A DNA stretch of 64,000 nucleotides from Antedon mediterranea (lineage: Eukaryota > Animalia > Echinodermata): assembly GCF_964355755.1 (NCBI RefSeq), contig NC_092670.1, forward strand, positions 18,586,795-18,650,794, read 5' to 3'. Below, piece after piece: positions 1 through 12,494 of the stretch. The first letter of the stretch is position 1, and each line of letters starts with the position of its first letter. The notes under the pieces are model-generated. The model did not search any database, was not told the DNA's origin, and was given only the letters and a program-made list of their open reading frames with translations. A program made the translations under genes and the position numbers.

Positions 1-334
1 TTAACACTTTTTAAAATTAATTAATTCATCAAGTGCATTCTAAAGTAATGGCCTGTGTCATTATTGTATTTCTAGCAAGATCAGTATAAAACATATGAGG
101 AGGTCGATACATATAGAACATCCTTGTAACATGACGATGATGATAATAACAGTTTTTAATAAAATAATTAACAAAGTTAATAATTATTTATTGTCAAAGT
201 AGAACATAAATATAGCTTTATACAGTTTATGAATAAAATATGGTTAAGGTATTAAAACTAGGAAATAATGGAGCAGAATGATCATAACGTTGCATTAGAA
301 CACAATCTGATATATGTTTCTGTTTCAAATGAAC

Positions 335-580
335 TACTGTATCTTATATCCTTGGGTATAATCCCACTTTGGGTCTAATCCCACCCCTACTTATGTCTGA
401 TTTCACAAACAGACATATCCCTGGGTATATTCCCAGTATTGACTTTTGATCTGGATGTAGGCCTCTCTCTAGCCAGTTTATATGTTTACCAGGGTTTCCC
501 CGGGTATAGTCCCCCCACAAAATTGGCCCAATTTTGTGTTCTCAGAGGGTGTGGATTTATTATACCAGAGGATATATGGT
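335..580. mobile_element. Degenerate inverted-repeat element, possibly a Tc1/mariner (Tc2/pogo-like) MITE
   Basis: Left end tatatccttgggtataatcccac is roughly the reverse complement of right end gtggatttattataccagaggatatatggta; internal gggtata..ccc subrepeats. Confidence 0.4.
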
Positions 581-659
581 AACCGAAGATTAGTATTGTT
601 GGAGTCAGCCTAAACAATATTACAGTCTTTCACAGTTTAATATTTTTCTATTTTTTCAG

Positions 660-833
660 ATGATGCCTTTAGTAAAGGCCAATTTTGATTTTGAACCTCA
701 AGAAGACGGTGAATTACAGTTTAAAAACGGCCAGATAATTGAAGTATTGGATGATTCGGATCAGAATTGGTGGAGAGGCCGGTTGAACGGTCAAATTGGA
801 ATGTTTCCGGCTCCGTTTGTCACAAAACTTTGA
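660..833 (+). CDS. GRB2: Last coding exon of a GRB2/drk-like adaptor (C-terminal SH3); upstream exons lie outside the window
   Basis: Acceptor ttttttcag|, then [57 protein letters not shown], matching the GRB2 C-SH3 pattern (FDFDPQEDGEL..F..G..I.V.D.SD.NWW.G...GQ.GMFP). Long AT-rich 3' UTR follows. The SH3 call is secure; the symbol is less so. Confidence 0.75.
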   Translation: MMPLVKANFDFEPQEDGELQFKNGQIIEVLDDSDQNWWRGRLNGQIGMFPAPFVTKL

Positions 834-3152
834 AAGGACAAAAACGATTGTAAATGAAGAACTGAAACTATTGAGTCAGAATTTACATTTCTTTGCACCA
901 TAACTTTTTTTTATAAATATTTTTGGGTATCCTGAAAAATTACAAAGAAAGAAAAATGAAGCGAATACTGATATCAGGAAAATATGACAGAAGGAGAAAT
1001 TTGTTATATATAAAGGTCTGTCTACACTATCAAACTGTGACAAAAAATGTGATGTGCCCATATGTGGACATGATGATGTCATATACTACCATATTTGGGG
1101 ATATTACCACCATATTTGGGCACATCACACTTTTTGGTCAGTTTGCTTTAGTTTACTTCAACTAACATCACATGTATTTATGAAATGAAATTTACTACTA
1201 TTTGTGAAGGGAATTGGTGAGAGAAGAGGTACCAAGATTTGAGAAACTATACCGTCTTTCGTGAAATAAGATATTGCTATACGGTTTATTATGTAAAAAG
1301 TATATTTTTAAAAGAAAATTATTAAAGATCTATATTCTTGTAGTTACCTAAGGTTATCGTTTCGTAAAATATTGCTACAGAAACCAAAAAAAAAAAAAAA
1401 AAAAAATCAGATTGATTAGGGTTCTTGTGATTGGTAGGGAAGGGATGGCTGAGTACAGGTGCTGGCATTTTTGTATTTCTAAGGTGAAAGAAGACTATTC
1501 CTGTTTTATACACCCACCTTATACTACTGTACTTATAGATTTCATTTTCGTAGAATACTTACTGCACCAAATGCAAGATTACTGTACTGTAAAGTGATAA
1601 GTAGTATAAATGCATACATCTTGCATCTACCTCGACTATTGCACTCATTTTGTTATTTACCAAGAAGTGTCTATAATGCTTGTTTTAGAAATTTAAACAT
1701 TTATTTTTGTACCTCTCGTACTTTACAGAAGAATGTCGTACGAAATGTTATGTCTGGAAAATTGTTTATAAATGGGTTTTGACTTTTGAATGATTATACA
1801 TGTATATTTTTTTTTTGGGAAATTGAAACATTGAAAAAGCAGTTTTAAACAGATATTTTAGTAAAGCTGGTTTGTTATATGTTAGAATTTTTTCACATTT
1901 TTCAACCATTGTGTTTCATAATTTACTTTAATGTGTATTCTGGCCAAAAAGCATTATTTTTAAGAGTACAGTATTTTCTTTGATTTCACTTGAATGCAAT
2001 GTTTATCCGTCTTAAATACGTTTTTTGTTTCATAGTATTTATTTTTAATAACATTTTGTTAATTATATAGGCTATTTTCATTTGAATTTACACTGCCAAC
2101 CACGATGCATTGCAAATGTATATTTTTTAATGAATATTTGTTTATAAACAATGTCTTGCCCTCAAATGAATATCACATTACAACAATGTGACATAAAGAT
2201 TATTAGTCAAATGAGATAATTCTGATTATTCAAATATATTTGAGAACAAACTGCAACAACAATTACACCATGTCCATGAAAAAGAAAAGTTTTGTTAATT
2301 TAAGTTTTATGATCATAGAATTTATTTTTGTATGTGTCTGATGTCAGAATTTAATTCTTTGGTAGTTTTATGTATTCGGAAATCTTTGACTTTAATCTAT
2401 CTTTACTACTGAGGAAACACAGAATACATTCATAATGTAATTATGTAATGAGTAATCTATTATATTCATGAAATACATACCATAACTTGTATAGGCCTAG
2501 TAATGCAATTATGTGCAACTGCAAGGTGTATCAGAGATATATCATAACAAAGGCCTAAAGTGTAAGATTCAAGATTGTATGTTTCTACTACTTGTTGGCA
2601 ATAAACATGTGTACTATATCAAACAAGTTTGTTTACTTGCAATACTGTAACTTTGCGATTGACATATGCTTACTTCTGTACGTGTATAAGCCGAATAGGC
2701 ACACATTTGATGATCGACGCGTCGTGATTGGTCAAATTAATTTTGCTGTGCGCGACTAAAAAGTGGGAAAACCACACCCAAGCTGCACAGTTTGTCGTTT
2801 ACAAATGGCTACTTGCGCTTTATGAAAATGATATTGAATAAATAAAAATAATCAATATTAGGCTATATTAACGAAAAAAAATCAAGTATTTTTAATGAGA
2901 TGCAAAATTGTAAATGGAACCGGGAAACAGGACAGCTGAGATTAGCAAAATGGTCTTTGAGTTTTAATAAGTTAGCTCGATTATTTTTAATGTTGAGGGC
3001 GCTGTTTAACACAGAGTTTGCGCACAGGCGAAATTCACATGTGCCATTAATTTTGCGTTTCTCGGTGGACAGATTGTTGTTAATTTTATGATTATTTGAG
3101 ATAAATCCTTAAATATTTTAATACATTAATGAAAAGAAGTTTATGTTGAACG

Positions 3153-6100
3153 ATGTATGGTCCAAATGATGATTTTGCTGACGATGTAAGTGTGTAAACC
3201 TTGTTGTTTTTTCTGTAGGCTAGGCCTAGGCCAAACTGCCGCCGGTTTGCAGGATAGATAGGTAGGCCTAGAGGAGGAGCGTGCTAGATTGCTTGGATTG
3301 AGTAGCGGAATAGGTTGACCCCCGCCACTCTTAAACTAGAAATAGACTAGCCTAGGCCTAGCTAGAACGTAATGGGCGCTACTGCTGCCGTTTCGCACTC
3401 GCATCACACCATTAAATCTTCTATTTATATTAATTAATTGCATTGAATGATATACATACGAATAGGCCTAGCTAGCCTATATGGAACGCCGTTTATGCAA
3501 CATTTCGATGATATGAATTTTTTGACGAGATATGTGAATGAAATGCATCGATATGAATTGAATGGCGCGATATAAGATTGAAATGTTTTGAATTGAATGC
3601 TTTGAATTGAATTTTTTGAATGAAATGTTTTAAATTGAATGTTTTGAATGAAATGTTTTGAATTGAATGCTTTGAATTGAATTTTTTGAATGAAATGTTT
3701 TGAATGAAATGTTTTGAATGAAATGTTTTGAACGAAATTTTTTGAATGAAATGTTTTGAATGAAATGTTTGAATTTGAATTGAAATATCAAACTATTGGC
3801 GGCGTATGTCATTCACGCTAGCGATTTTTTTCTAAAAATATGCATTCCACTGTTTCAGGTCTGTTAGGATTCTCTGTAAAGGATCCATATTGATGACAGC
3901 GTGGAAAGGAGATGAGGGTACCCAGGCTTAGGCCTAAGCGGTTGATAAATAAATTGCGAGCGGGAATGACATACGCCACCAATAGTTTGACTATTCAATT
4001 CAAAACATTTCATTCAAAACATTTCATTCAAAACATTCAATTCAAAACATTCAATTCAAAGCATTCAATTCAAAACATTTCATTCATCTATTGGGCCATT
4101 CAATTCATATCGATGCATTTCATTCACATATCGCGTCATAAAATTCATACAGGGAATAATTTCGCCAGTGTAGCATAGCAAAAAGCTATACAAAACAACC
4201 TTTTTGCTACACATTGCTACAATTGTGTAGCAAAAAATACAATACAAAACTATGTTTCTTGACTAAATAATCAGTTTGATTAGCAATTTTGCTAAACAAA
4301 ATTTTCAAATGAAATTTTTCCCTGTCATATCATCGAAATGTTGCGTGAACGGCGTTCCATATAGCCTATATCTATACATTTTCTCTTGTAAATTTTTATT
4401 AAAAACTAAAAATATTTTATTTAAGCAGGGAGTCAACTTCCTGATTTATTTAAGTATGTAAATTTCTCAATCAATATTTAATGTAATTTATTATTTATTC
4501 TAGTCTTTAAAATTTGTTTATATTTATTTATTTTACAGTATAATTCGTATGAACATGACGCTGGTGAACGACAGTATGAAGGACATTCCGGTAAGTACAG
4601 TATCTTCTCTAGTTAAAATGGACAATGAATATATGTAAACAATAACAATGTTAAAGTGTACTCAACAGTTCTTAAATAATATCATCTGTTTTTTACTGTA
4701 GGTGATCCTAGGCAGGATTTAGAGTTTGAAAAACATGCAAACAATCCAAATTACCACATACCTGATGAGGTTCGGAGCTTTATATTACACTTCCAGCGTT
4801 GCATGAAGGAAGCTAAAATATTTGAAGTTGGAAACTGTTATGAAACGAGGTAAGTATTGCAATTCTAAATTTTTAATAATTTAATTAATTAACAAAACAA
4901 GACATAACAGCGGTGCAGCACCCTGAGGATTGCCATGAGTGCCAAGATGGCTCTCCGTATACTGCACTTGAACATATAGAAGAAGTAGAAGTAAACAATA
5001 AAAATACAAAGATATAAAAATTGAAATTTGACTTTTGTGAGCATTAGTAATAATAATACCACGCCCCTTTCATGAGTAATCCTGCTCAAAGGCGCTTTAC
5101 AAACATTATTACTCCGATCATTTTTTAAAAATCAAAAATGTTTGGAAACATACTCCCATACTGCAGCTAGTAATCAATGCAAAGTTGTGTCTTGATCTAA
5201 CTGGATACCCATTTAATACACCTGGGTGAGGAGAGGCAAATGTAAGTAAAGTGCCTTGCCTAAGGAATCAAGCAATGCGGCGAGAGTTGAATTCGAACCA
5301 CGACCTCACAATCGGTAATCCAGCATCCAACACACTGCGTCACATGCCCTTATTAGCAATTACTAATTAGAACATATATATTTTCAGATTATTTGTCCTT
5401 GTGTAATATAATAATAATGTGTTGTTTACTTTTTAATTAGTTATCCAAAATTGACGGAGAGGTATTTCAAAACAGAACCCTGGCCACTACCAGAGAGTGT
5501 TATTCTACTAGTTGAGAAAGGTGTGTTATTTTACTACTTGACTTGGTTTTTAAAAAATTTAATTTATGTAAAAATAATAACTTATGCACCGTAATATTTC
5601 CTTAATCGAAATAGTATCAGTAAAAACATATTTTTATTTGCAGACGTTGTATTTATGATATTGTACAAGGAACTGTATTACCGCCATCTGTATGCTAGGA
5701 TTCAGAGTGGTCTCACACAAGAGCAGCGGTTCGAATCCTACTACAACTACTGTAACCTATTCAATTTCATACTTAGTAAGTATTTTAGTTTTAATCAGTT
5801 TGTCAAATACAAAATACATACAAGTAAACACTAAAGCTCTATCTACACTATCAAACAAGTCTGACAAAATAAAGTGTGATGTACCCAAATTTGGTAGTTA
5901 TAATATCATCATCATCACCATATATGGGCACATCACATTTTTTGGTCACATAAAGTTTGATAGTGTAGACAGAGCTTTAGAATGAACTGTAAATACCCAA
6001 TTATTAGTTCCAAATTGTCTTCCTCCTCACGACAGAAATCTGATAAAAAGTCATGTACCTAAACTCCCAACCAAATACATCTCATTAAAAACATTTTTAT

Positions 6101-9100
6101 ATTTATATTTTGAACTATAAGTAGATATAATATAAACAGATTGAGTAGATGTATGTGTGTTGACTGCAATAGTGTTATGTTGTGTATTTAGATGCAGAAG
6201 GTCCAGTTCCATTGGAGATACCAGATCAGTGGCTTTGGGATATCATTGATGAATTCATATACCAGGTAAACTATTTGGTTACTCACTCATGCCCAATTAA
6301 ACAGTAGTTGTTGAGAAATAACCAATTGAATAGGACCTTTTCGCTGATATGCGAAATGAATAGTTTTTTTTTGGAAGTAAAATACATGGTTGTGGTTCAT
6401 TTTAATAACTTTTTTACCATGGCTAAACACTTTATATAAGTACAGTTATTTGGAAAGTATAATACACAAAATGAATTATGTTCTTTATGTATAAAGCCTT
6501 GTTTACACTATCAAACTTTATATTACATCAAAATAAAGATGTCATATTACTACCATATTTGGGCATATCACTACCAACCATATTTGGGCATATCGATACC
6601 ATATTTGAGCACTTTCTTTGTAAAACTAGTTTGGTAGTGTAGACAGAGATTAAGTCCACAAATATAAGGTTTGTTATTTAGTATTAATGTGCTGAAACGC
6701 ATCCTTTATCATTTATTTTTTACAATACTAAGTGCAGTGAACTAATAGTGTGGTTTATTTATATATTAGTTTCAAGAATTCAGCAAGTATCGATCCAAAT
6801 TGAACAACAAAACAGACACTGAAATTGAAATATTAAAACAGAATCCAAAAGTAAGTTTTATGTGATGTTAATTTATTTGTTTACAAAATTATTATTTATT
6901 TTTACCTTGAACTTTTATTAGTATAAATAATTAAATGTCACTATTTAAATTTAAAGAAACTCGTTTTTTTATTTCTAATAGATCTGGAATGTACACAGCG
7001 TTCTCAATGTACTTCACTCTCTTGTTGAGAAATCAAATATCAACCAACAATTAGAGGTGTATGCCACGCAAGGTATGTAAACATTTTCTTTCAATTCATG
7101 CTGGTACTGGTACAAATAGCTATCTTTTCTAAGATATTCAAAATACAGTTTAAATCAGTGTTCCAAAGACAGTGATTTTAAAATATGTCCTTTAATGGTA
7201 ATTGGGTCTGTACCACTGTTATGGTGGGTAATGATAGAGGGTTGATTTACATACATAGGTGATCCAGACAGTGTGGCCGGAGACTTTGGACGTAATCCAC
7301 TCTACAAGATGTTGGGATACTTCAGTCTTATTGGTCTTCTTCGTTTGCACTCGTTGCTAGGCGACTACTATCAAGCAATTAAAGCACTTGAAAATATTGA
7401 GTTGAACAAAAAGGTATGTTTTTGTATAATAATGAATGATACTTTTTTAACTACTGTGGAACAATATTGGTGCAGTACCCGCTGCTTACTTCAGCTCGAA
7501 CCCAACTCGGCCATCTGCGCAGGCTCGGTGGTCTAGATGTATGAACGCCAGGTTAGTGATCTGGAGGTTGTGGGTGAGAGTCCCATCCTGAGAGTTACTG
7601 AATGGTACAAAATTACATCAGAGTAAGGCAAACATCTGAACAAATGTTTCTTTGATATTGATTGATTACCTTGCAGTATCGTAACAGCTATAAGCGCTCA
7701 CTGGCTAAACCCAGGGTCCCCAAAGCTCAAGGTGCCCCAGAGCATAAGCAGTCCAATGCAACTAGCCAGCGTTAGAGGGCCCCTTAGGTGTGCTAAACCA
7801 GGGGCTTTTTCCCTGTGTGTTACGCCACTGTTGCCTTGGGTTGTTTTTCTTATTTTGTTTCTTTTCTCTTTGTAGAGTTTGTATTCTCGAGTACCAGCAT
7901 GCCAAGTTACCACATACTACTACGTGGGGTTTGCATACCTTATGATGCGCCGGTATCAGGACGCAACCCGAAGCTTTGCTAACATCCTGCTTTACATACA
8001 AAGAACGATGCGTCTGTTGCCACCAACTTCCTATCAGACTGACTTTGTAAGTATACTTAAAGATCTGTGTCAACATGCTTACTGTAGTATAATTACCAAA
8101 GATTAAGCACATGTAATGTAATTATTAATGCAATAGTATTGTGGGTAATATTCTATTTTTAGATCAAGAGTCTATTACTAAAGATTAAGCACATGTAATG
8201 TAATTATTAATGCAATAGTATTGTGGGTAATATTCTATTTTTAGATCAAGAGTCTATTACTAAAGATTAAGCACATGTAATGTAATTATTAATGCAATAG
8301 TATTGTGGGTAATATTCTATTTTTAGATCAAGAGTCTATTACTAAAGATTAAGCACATGTAATGTAAATATTAATGCGCTTGCATTGTGGGTAATATTCT
8401 ATTTTTAGATCAAGAAGATGAATGAACAGATGTACACTCTGCTTGCTATGTGCCTGACTCTTCATCCAATGCGAATCGATGAGAGTATTCACATGCAGAT
8501 GCGTGATAAAGTCGGTGATCGACATGGCCGTATGCAGAAAGGGTAAGTTTCTAATTAATAAATTTGTTGCTATGGTTTATGTTAATATTTGATAATTAAT
8601 AACACAAAACTTCCTTACAACTTGAATACAAATTTTCAGCATTGAAATTAATTGTATAAACTTTTCTTATCTAGAGACATTGCAGCATTCCAAGAGTGTT
8701 TCGTGTTTGCTGCTCCCAGATTTCTGTCACCAGTTCCACCAAATTATGATGTCCCTCTAGCCAACTACCACAAGGAACCCTCAATGTTGCAGACAAAAGT
8801 GTTCTTGGAAGAAGTCCGACAACAACTGCTGATTCCAGAAATTAGAAGGTACGATCTTCTTAGGTAGTTGTAAAATAAAAAGTAATGCTCTGTCTACACT
8901 ATAAAATTGTATGCGACAAAAAAGTGTGATGTGCCCAAATATGGTAGTGATATGGCCAAGTATGGTAGTGGTATTACATCATCATGTCCATATATGGGCA
9001 CATCACATTTTTTGGTCACATAAAATTTGATAGTGTAGACAGAGCTTAATGTAATTTCTATTGTATTTTAATTTGTTATCTGTTTATCATATTAATTTGA

Positions 9101-11504
9101 AACATTCTATTTTGTGTAGTTTCTTGAAGCTGTATACAACAATGCCAATATCAAAACTTGCAGCATTCCTTAACTTGGTAAGTGGTTGTACAGATTATTC
9201 CCATTGGTAAGTGGTTGTACAGATTATTCCCATTGGTAAGTGGTTGTACAGATTATTCCCATTGGTAAGTGGTTGTACAGATTATTCCCATTCGTACTCT
9301 TCAGGTAGACCTTAACTTGGTAAGTGGTTGTACAGATTATTCCCATTGGTAAGTGGTTGTACAGATTATTCCCATTGGTAAGTGGTTGTACAGATTATTC
9401 CCATTGGTAAGTGGTTGTACAGATTATTCCCATTGGTAAGTGGTTGTACAGATTATTCCCATTGGTAAGTGGTTGTACAGATTATTCCCATTGGTAAGTG
9501 GTTGTACAGATTATTCCCATTGGTAAGTGGTTGTACAGATTATTCCCATTCGTACTCTTCAGGTAGACCTTAACTTGGTAAGTGGTTGTACAGATTATTC
9601 CCATTCGTACTCTTCAGGTAGACCTTAACTTGGTAAGTGGTTGTACAGATTATTCCCATTCGTATTCTTCAGGTAGAGCTGTTTTTCACACTTAAACATG
9701 TTATATCATTTGTACAAACTAAAGCCTTATCAAACTTTAGTGAAAAAAAAATGTGAAGTACCCATATTTTGACATGATGTTATATCACTACCATATTTGG
9801 GTATATTACTACCATATTTGGACACATCACACTTTTTTTGTCTTTTGTCAAACTAGTTTGACAGCATAGACAGAGCTTAAGATATTTTCATGATATCACA
9901 GCAACACGCATCAAAAAAATGTATTTATGTGCGAGTCATATAATAATGATAATATTCATTTTTGTTTTCAATTTTCAGTCAGAAGAAGAGTTCAGGACAC
10001 AATTTTTATGTTTCAAGGTTTGTACATTGGTATTTTTTATCACTAGTGTTAATGCAAATGTCAACACCTTCACACAGTATCACACTGTTTAGGAAGATGT
10101 GCTAGTTTTTATTATTATTAAATTTTTATTTCACTCTTTACTGTAACCTCAACATTATTTTATGTTTGATTTTGTTGTTGTTGTCATTGCAGCACAAAAT
10201 GATGAACTTGGTCTGGACAAAGGGATCCAGCGGTCTTGATGGTGAATTTCAAGCTGCATCCGAAGTTGATTTCTATGTTGATGGTGTAAGTTATACTTTG
10301 ATCTACACAGGTTATTGTCTGGTTAAATTACAGTTTCTTTGGGACACACCTATGCAGGGGATACTTTCTGGTATGAACGAGGTTCGATGTTTAGCCCCAT
10401 ATAAGTCCTAGAGTATGTCTGAAGTCAATAATTTGTTTATAATGGTTGAATAGGGAAATTTGGATTTACGATAACCTAGGAACAAGTTGAGTCATGTAAG
10501 GTCATATTGCGCATGCATGGAACTTAGTAAATGCTTTATTGCTTGATATAGGTGGTTCTAGGTTCAGATGACAACAGATGACGCATAATGGGTAGGTCGT
10601 AGGTCATCACAAATTGAAATACCAATAAATAAATAATTGTTAATCTAGAATTCTAAAAGTTTCTCCAATCATGACAGAAATAAGAATTAAATATTTTGAG
10701 TTACTCTTACGACGTCATGCAGTGGATAGCCTCTCGATTGTTATTTTTAAAATAACATTTTTGTAATCCTGCCTCATTGTTTTAATTTTGTTCTGTGCCT
10801 GCGAAATAAATGATACAGATTATGTTTATTATCCAATATAATGGAAATTACAATGCTCATATCTTGGCTTGCCTTAAATAAGTATAAATAAAGAAAAAGA
10901 ACTATCTTACAAATCTAAAATGATATGATATATACTTTATACGCTGTTTTTTACTTACATCTTAGGACATGATTCATATAGCTGATACTAAGGTTGCTGC
11001 TCGCTATGGTGATTTCTTCATCAGACAGATCCACAAGTTAGAAGAGGTCAGTTATAAGTATTCTCATTTTAATATTTTCTCCTTTATGAAGAATACTCAA
11101 TCTTCATGTTCCTGACACCAATAACATTCACAGTTTCTTTTCATTTATTCCTTAAATCTCTGTCTACACTATCAAACTTTATGCGACAAAAAAGTATGAT
11201 GTGCCTATATATTGACACGACATGTCATATCACTACCATATTTGGGCACACTTTTTTTGTCAAACTATAGTTTGATAGTGTAGACAGAGCTTTACGGTAT
11301 AGAGGATGTTTGCCTAAATGGTCTGGTTTATCTTGACCACATATTCTATTGTCCATATATATATAAGAAATCTATATATGAAACTAGATTCAGATTCAAA
11401 TTATTGTCTAAGTACAAAAGCTTTGTTAATATCAGTTATATTTATTTTCTTTTCAGATGAATCGAACATTAAAAAAGAGTGAATTGTCTCTACATCAACA
11501 GTGA
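3153..11504 (+). CDS. EIF3L: Eukaryotic translation initiation factor 3 subunit L, about 17 coding exons
   Basis: Approximate exons 3153-3185, 4539-4590, 4702-4849, 5441-5520, 5644-5775, 6192-6265, 6770-6850, 6982-7072, 7259-7412, 7875-8046, 8409-8542, 8675-8848, 9120-9177, 9978-10016, 10193-10285, 10966-11046, 11457-11504. Diagnostic peptides: [141 protein letters not shown]. Confidence 0.97.
3481..4360. mobile_element. Non-autonomous foldback element with long TIRs carrying internal (gaatgaaatgtttt)n repeats, in EIF3L intron 1
   Basis: atggaacgccgtttatgcaacatttcgatgatatga at left mirrors tcatatcatcgaaatgttgcgtgaacggcgttccat at right; arms about 330 bp; flanks ctagcctat / atagcctat (9-bp TSD with 1 mismatch, Mutator-like). 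Confidence 0.85.
4150..4324. mobile_element. 175-bp MITE (CAGGG...CCCTG ends, 5-bp TSD tcata) nested in the right arm of the foldback element
   Basis: Interrupts the arm sequence aaattcata|tcatcg with tcata duplicated; a second, inverted copy lies at 36222-36386. Confidence 0.85.
5045..5349 (-). mobile_element. tRNA-derived SINE with conserved central core and L2-like 3' tail
   Basis: Minus strand: A box tgacgcagtgtg, B box ggttcgaattc, core ccttaggcaaggcacttta..tgcctctc..cacccaggtgta..aaatggggta, tail gtaaagcgcctttgagca..(tat)n. Confidence 0.8.
5833..5980. mobile_element. MITE family A (TIR agctctgtctacactatcaaac, TWA flanks, PIF/Harbinger-like); representative copy
   Basis: About 15 full or partial copies near 1014, 5833, 6494, 8886, 9720, 11154, 14839, 17486, 18015, 22170, 25268, 29703, 38540, 40085, 44423, 46825, 47700; internal accatatttgggcacatcac subrepeats. 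Confidence 0.9.
7674..7830. mobile_element. hAT-type MITE (family C), degenerate copy
   Basis: Ends cagtatcgtaac / gttacgccactg; 8-bp TSD ttaccttg / ttgccttg; homologous to 21331-21515 and 45547-45748. Confidence 0.8.
8094..8416 (+). repeat. 82-bp tandem repeat x4 containing the EIF3L splice acceptor
   Basis: Unit actaaagattaagcacatgt...ttctatttttagatcaagagtctatt starts at 8177, 8259, 8341, plus a first copy near 8095. Confidence 0.95.
9168..9678 (+). repeat. 29-bp minisatellite, with longer variant units, built from an EIF3L splice donor
   Basis: Unit ggtaagtggttgtacagattattcccatt, about 14 copies; longer units add cgtactcttcaggtagaccttaactt. Confidence 0.95.
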
Positions 11505-12494
11505 ATCAATCAACAAATTCATTTACACCCAAATCTCTTCTTTTTTTTTCAAAGAGAGTGTTCAAGAACTCAAATTTATATACAATGACCTATGACCTGG
11601 ACTGTTATTGTCATTGCCTTAAAAGCAATAGATTTTAGTTTAAACTATTTGTGAATTAAATAGGCTAATATAAAATGTTTTACCTACATTGTATCAGCTA
11701 TAAAAGTATTGTGTATCATTTCTTATCAGTTAGTTTTGAAATTATTTAACTGTCAGACTTAACGTAGAAATCCCCCCAAAAAAGGCAACACACCTGAATT
11801 TGATTTTGTAAGACTATATTAGAGAAATTAGAATTTACAGATCACTGTATAAAAGAAATAAAATGCCTAAAAAAGCAATTTGAGCAGTGTTTATTTTGTT
11901 TACAATGTAATAGCCACAACAAAATGTTTGTACGATTCTGAATAAGTTTTCTATACACCACCATCGGGCTCTGATGACCGGCCAATGGTGGCGCCCTCTA
12001 TTTTTTAACCTTGATTATTATTATGAATCAATCGCGTGCACCACCGCCGGCGTGGCGGCACAGAAGCACATCACTCGCAATTAGGCCTAACTAAGAAAAA
12101 GGGTAGGTGATCATTTTTGGCATAACAAATACTTTTTAATTATTTTTGAAAAAGCACAAAAATATTATAATTTTGAGCTTCAATATTGACATGTTGTTTG
12201 TATGTTAAATAGTAGTACAATAGTAATAGTTGAAGTACAAAATTATTGGACGCTTGGTACCAAATATAGTCGACTGGTACTATGCCTAGGCCTAAGCCTC
12301 TAGCGCGCAATGGAATCCTCCACTATTTGTAGCGGAAGAGAAAGGTGGCGCACTATCCATTTAATATATATTGGTCAATTCGTACCAATTTGTGTCACTT
12401 AATAATTTGAGTAATTATAAAAAACAAAAAATAGTATAATAAATAATTTTTGCTAGGGAGAAAGGAAGTGTTCTTTGCAAGTTTTGAATTAAAA

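Noticed and set aside
876-1165. Recurrent short ORFs of the MTSSCPYMG and CHWLKRLRCVYVLAL types across the window
   Set aside because: They are translations of MITE families A and B, not genes.
5280-5349. tRNA gene, with similar A/B-box stretches near 7520 and 25605
   Set aside because: No complete cloverleaf; the 5280 copy continues into a SINE core and tail, and the others look like decayed SINE heads.
9168-9678. 29-bp direct repeats resembling a CRISPR array
   Set aside because: Units are head-to-tail with no unique spacers, lie in a eukaryotic intron, and no cas genes are present.
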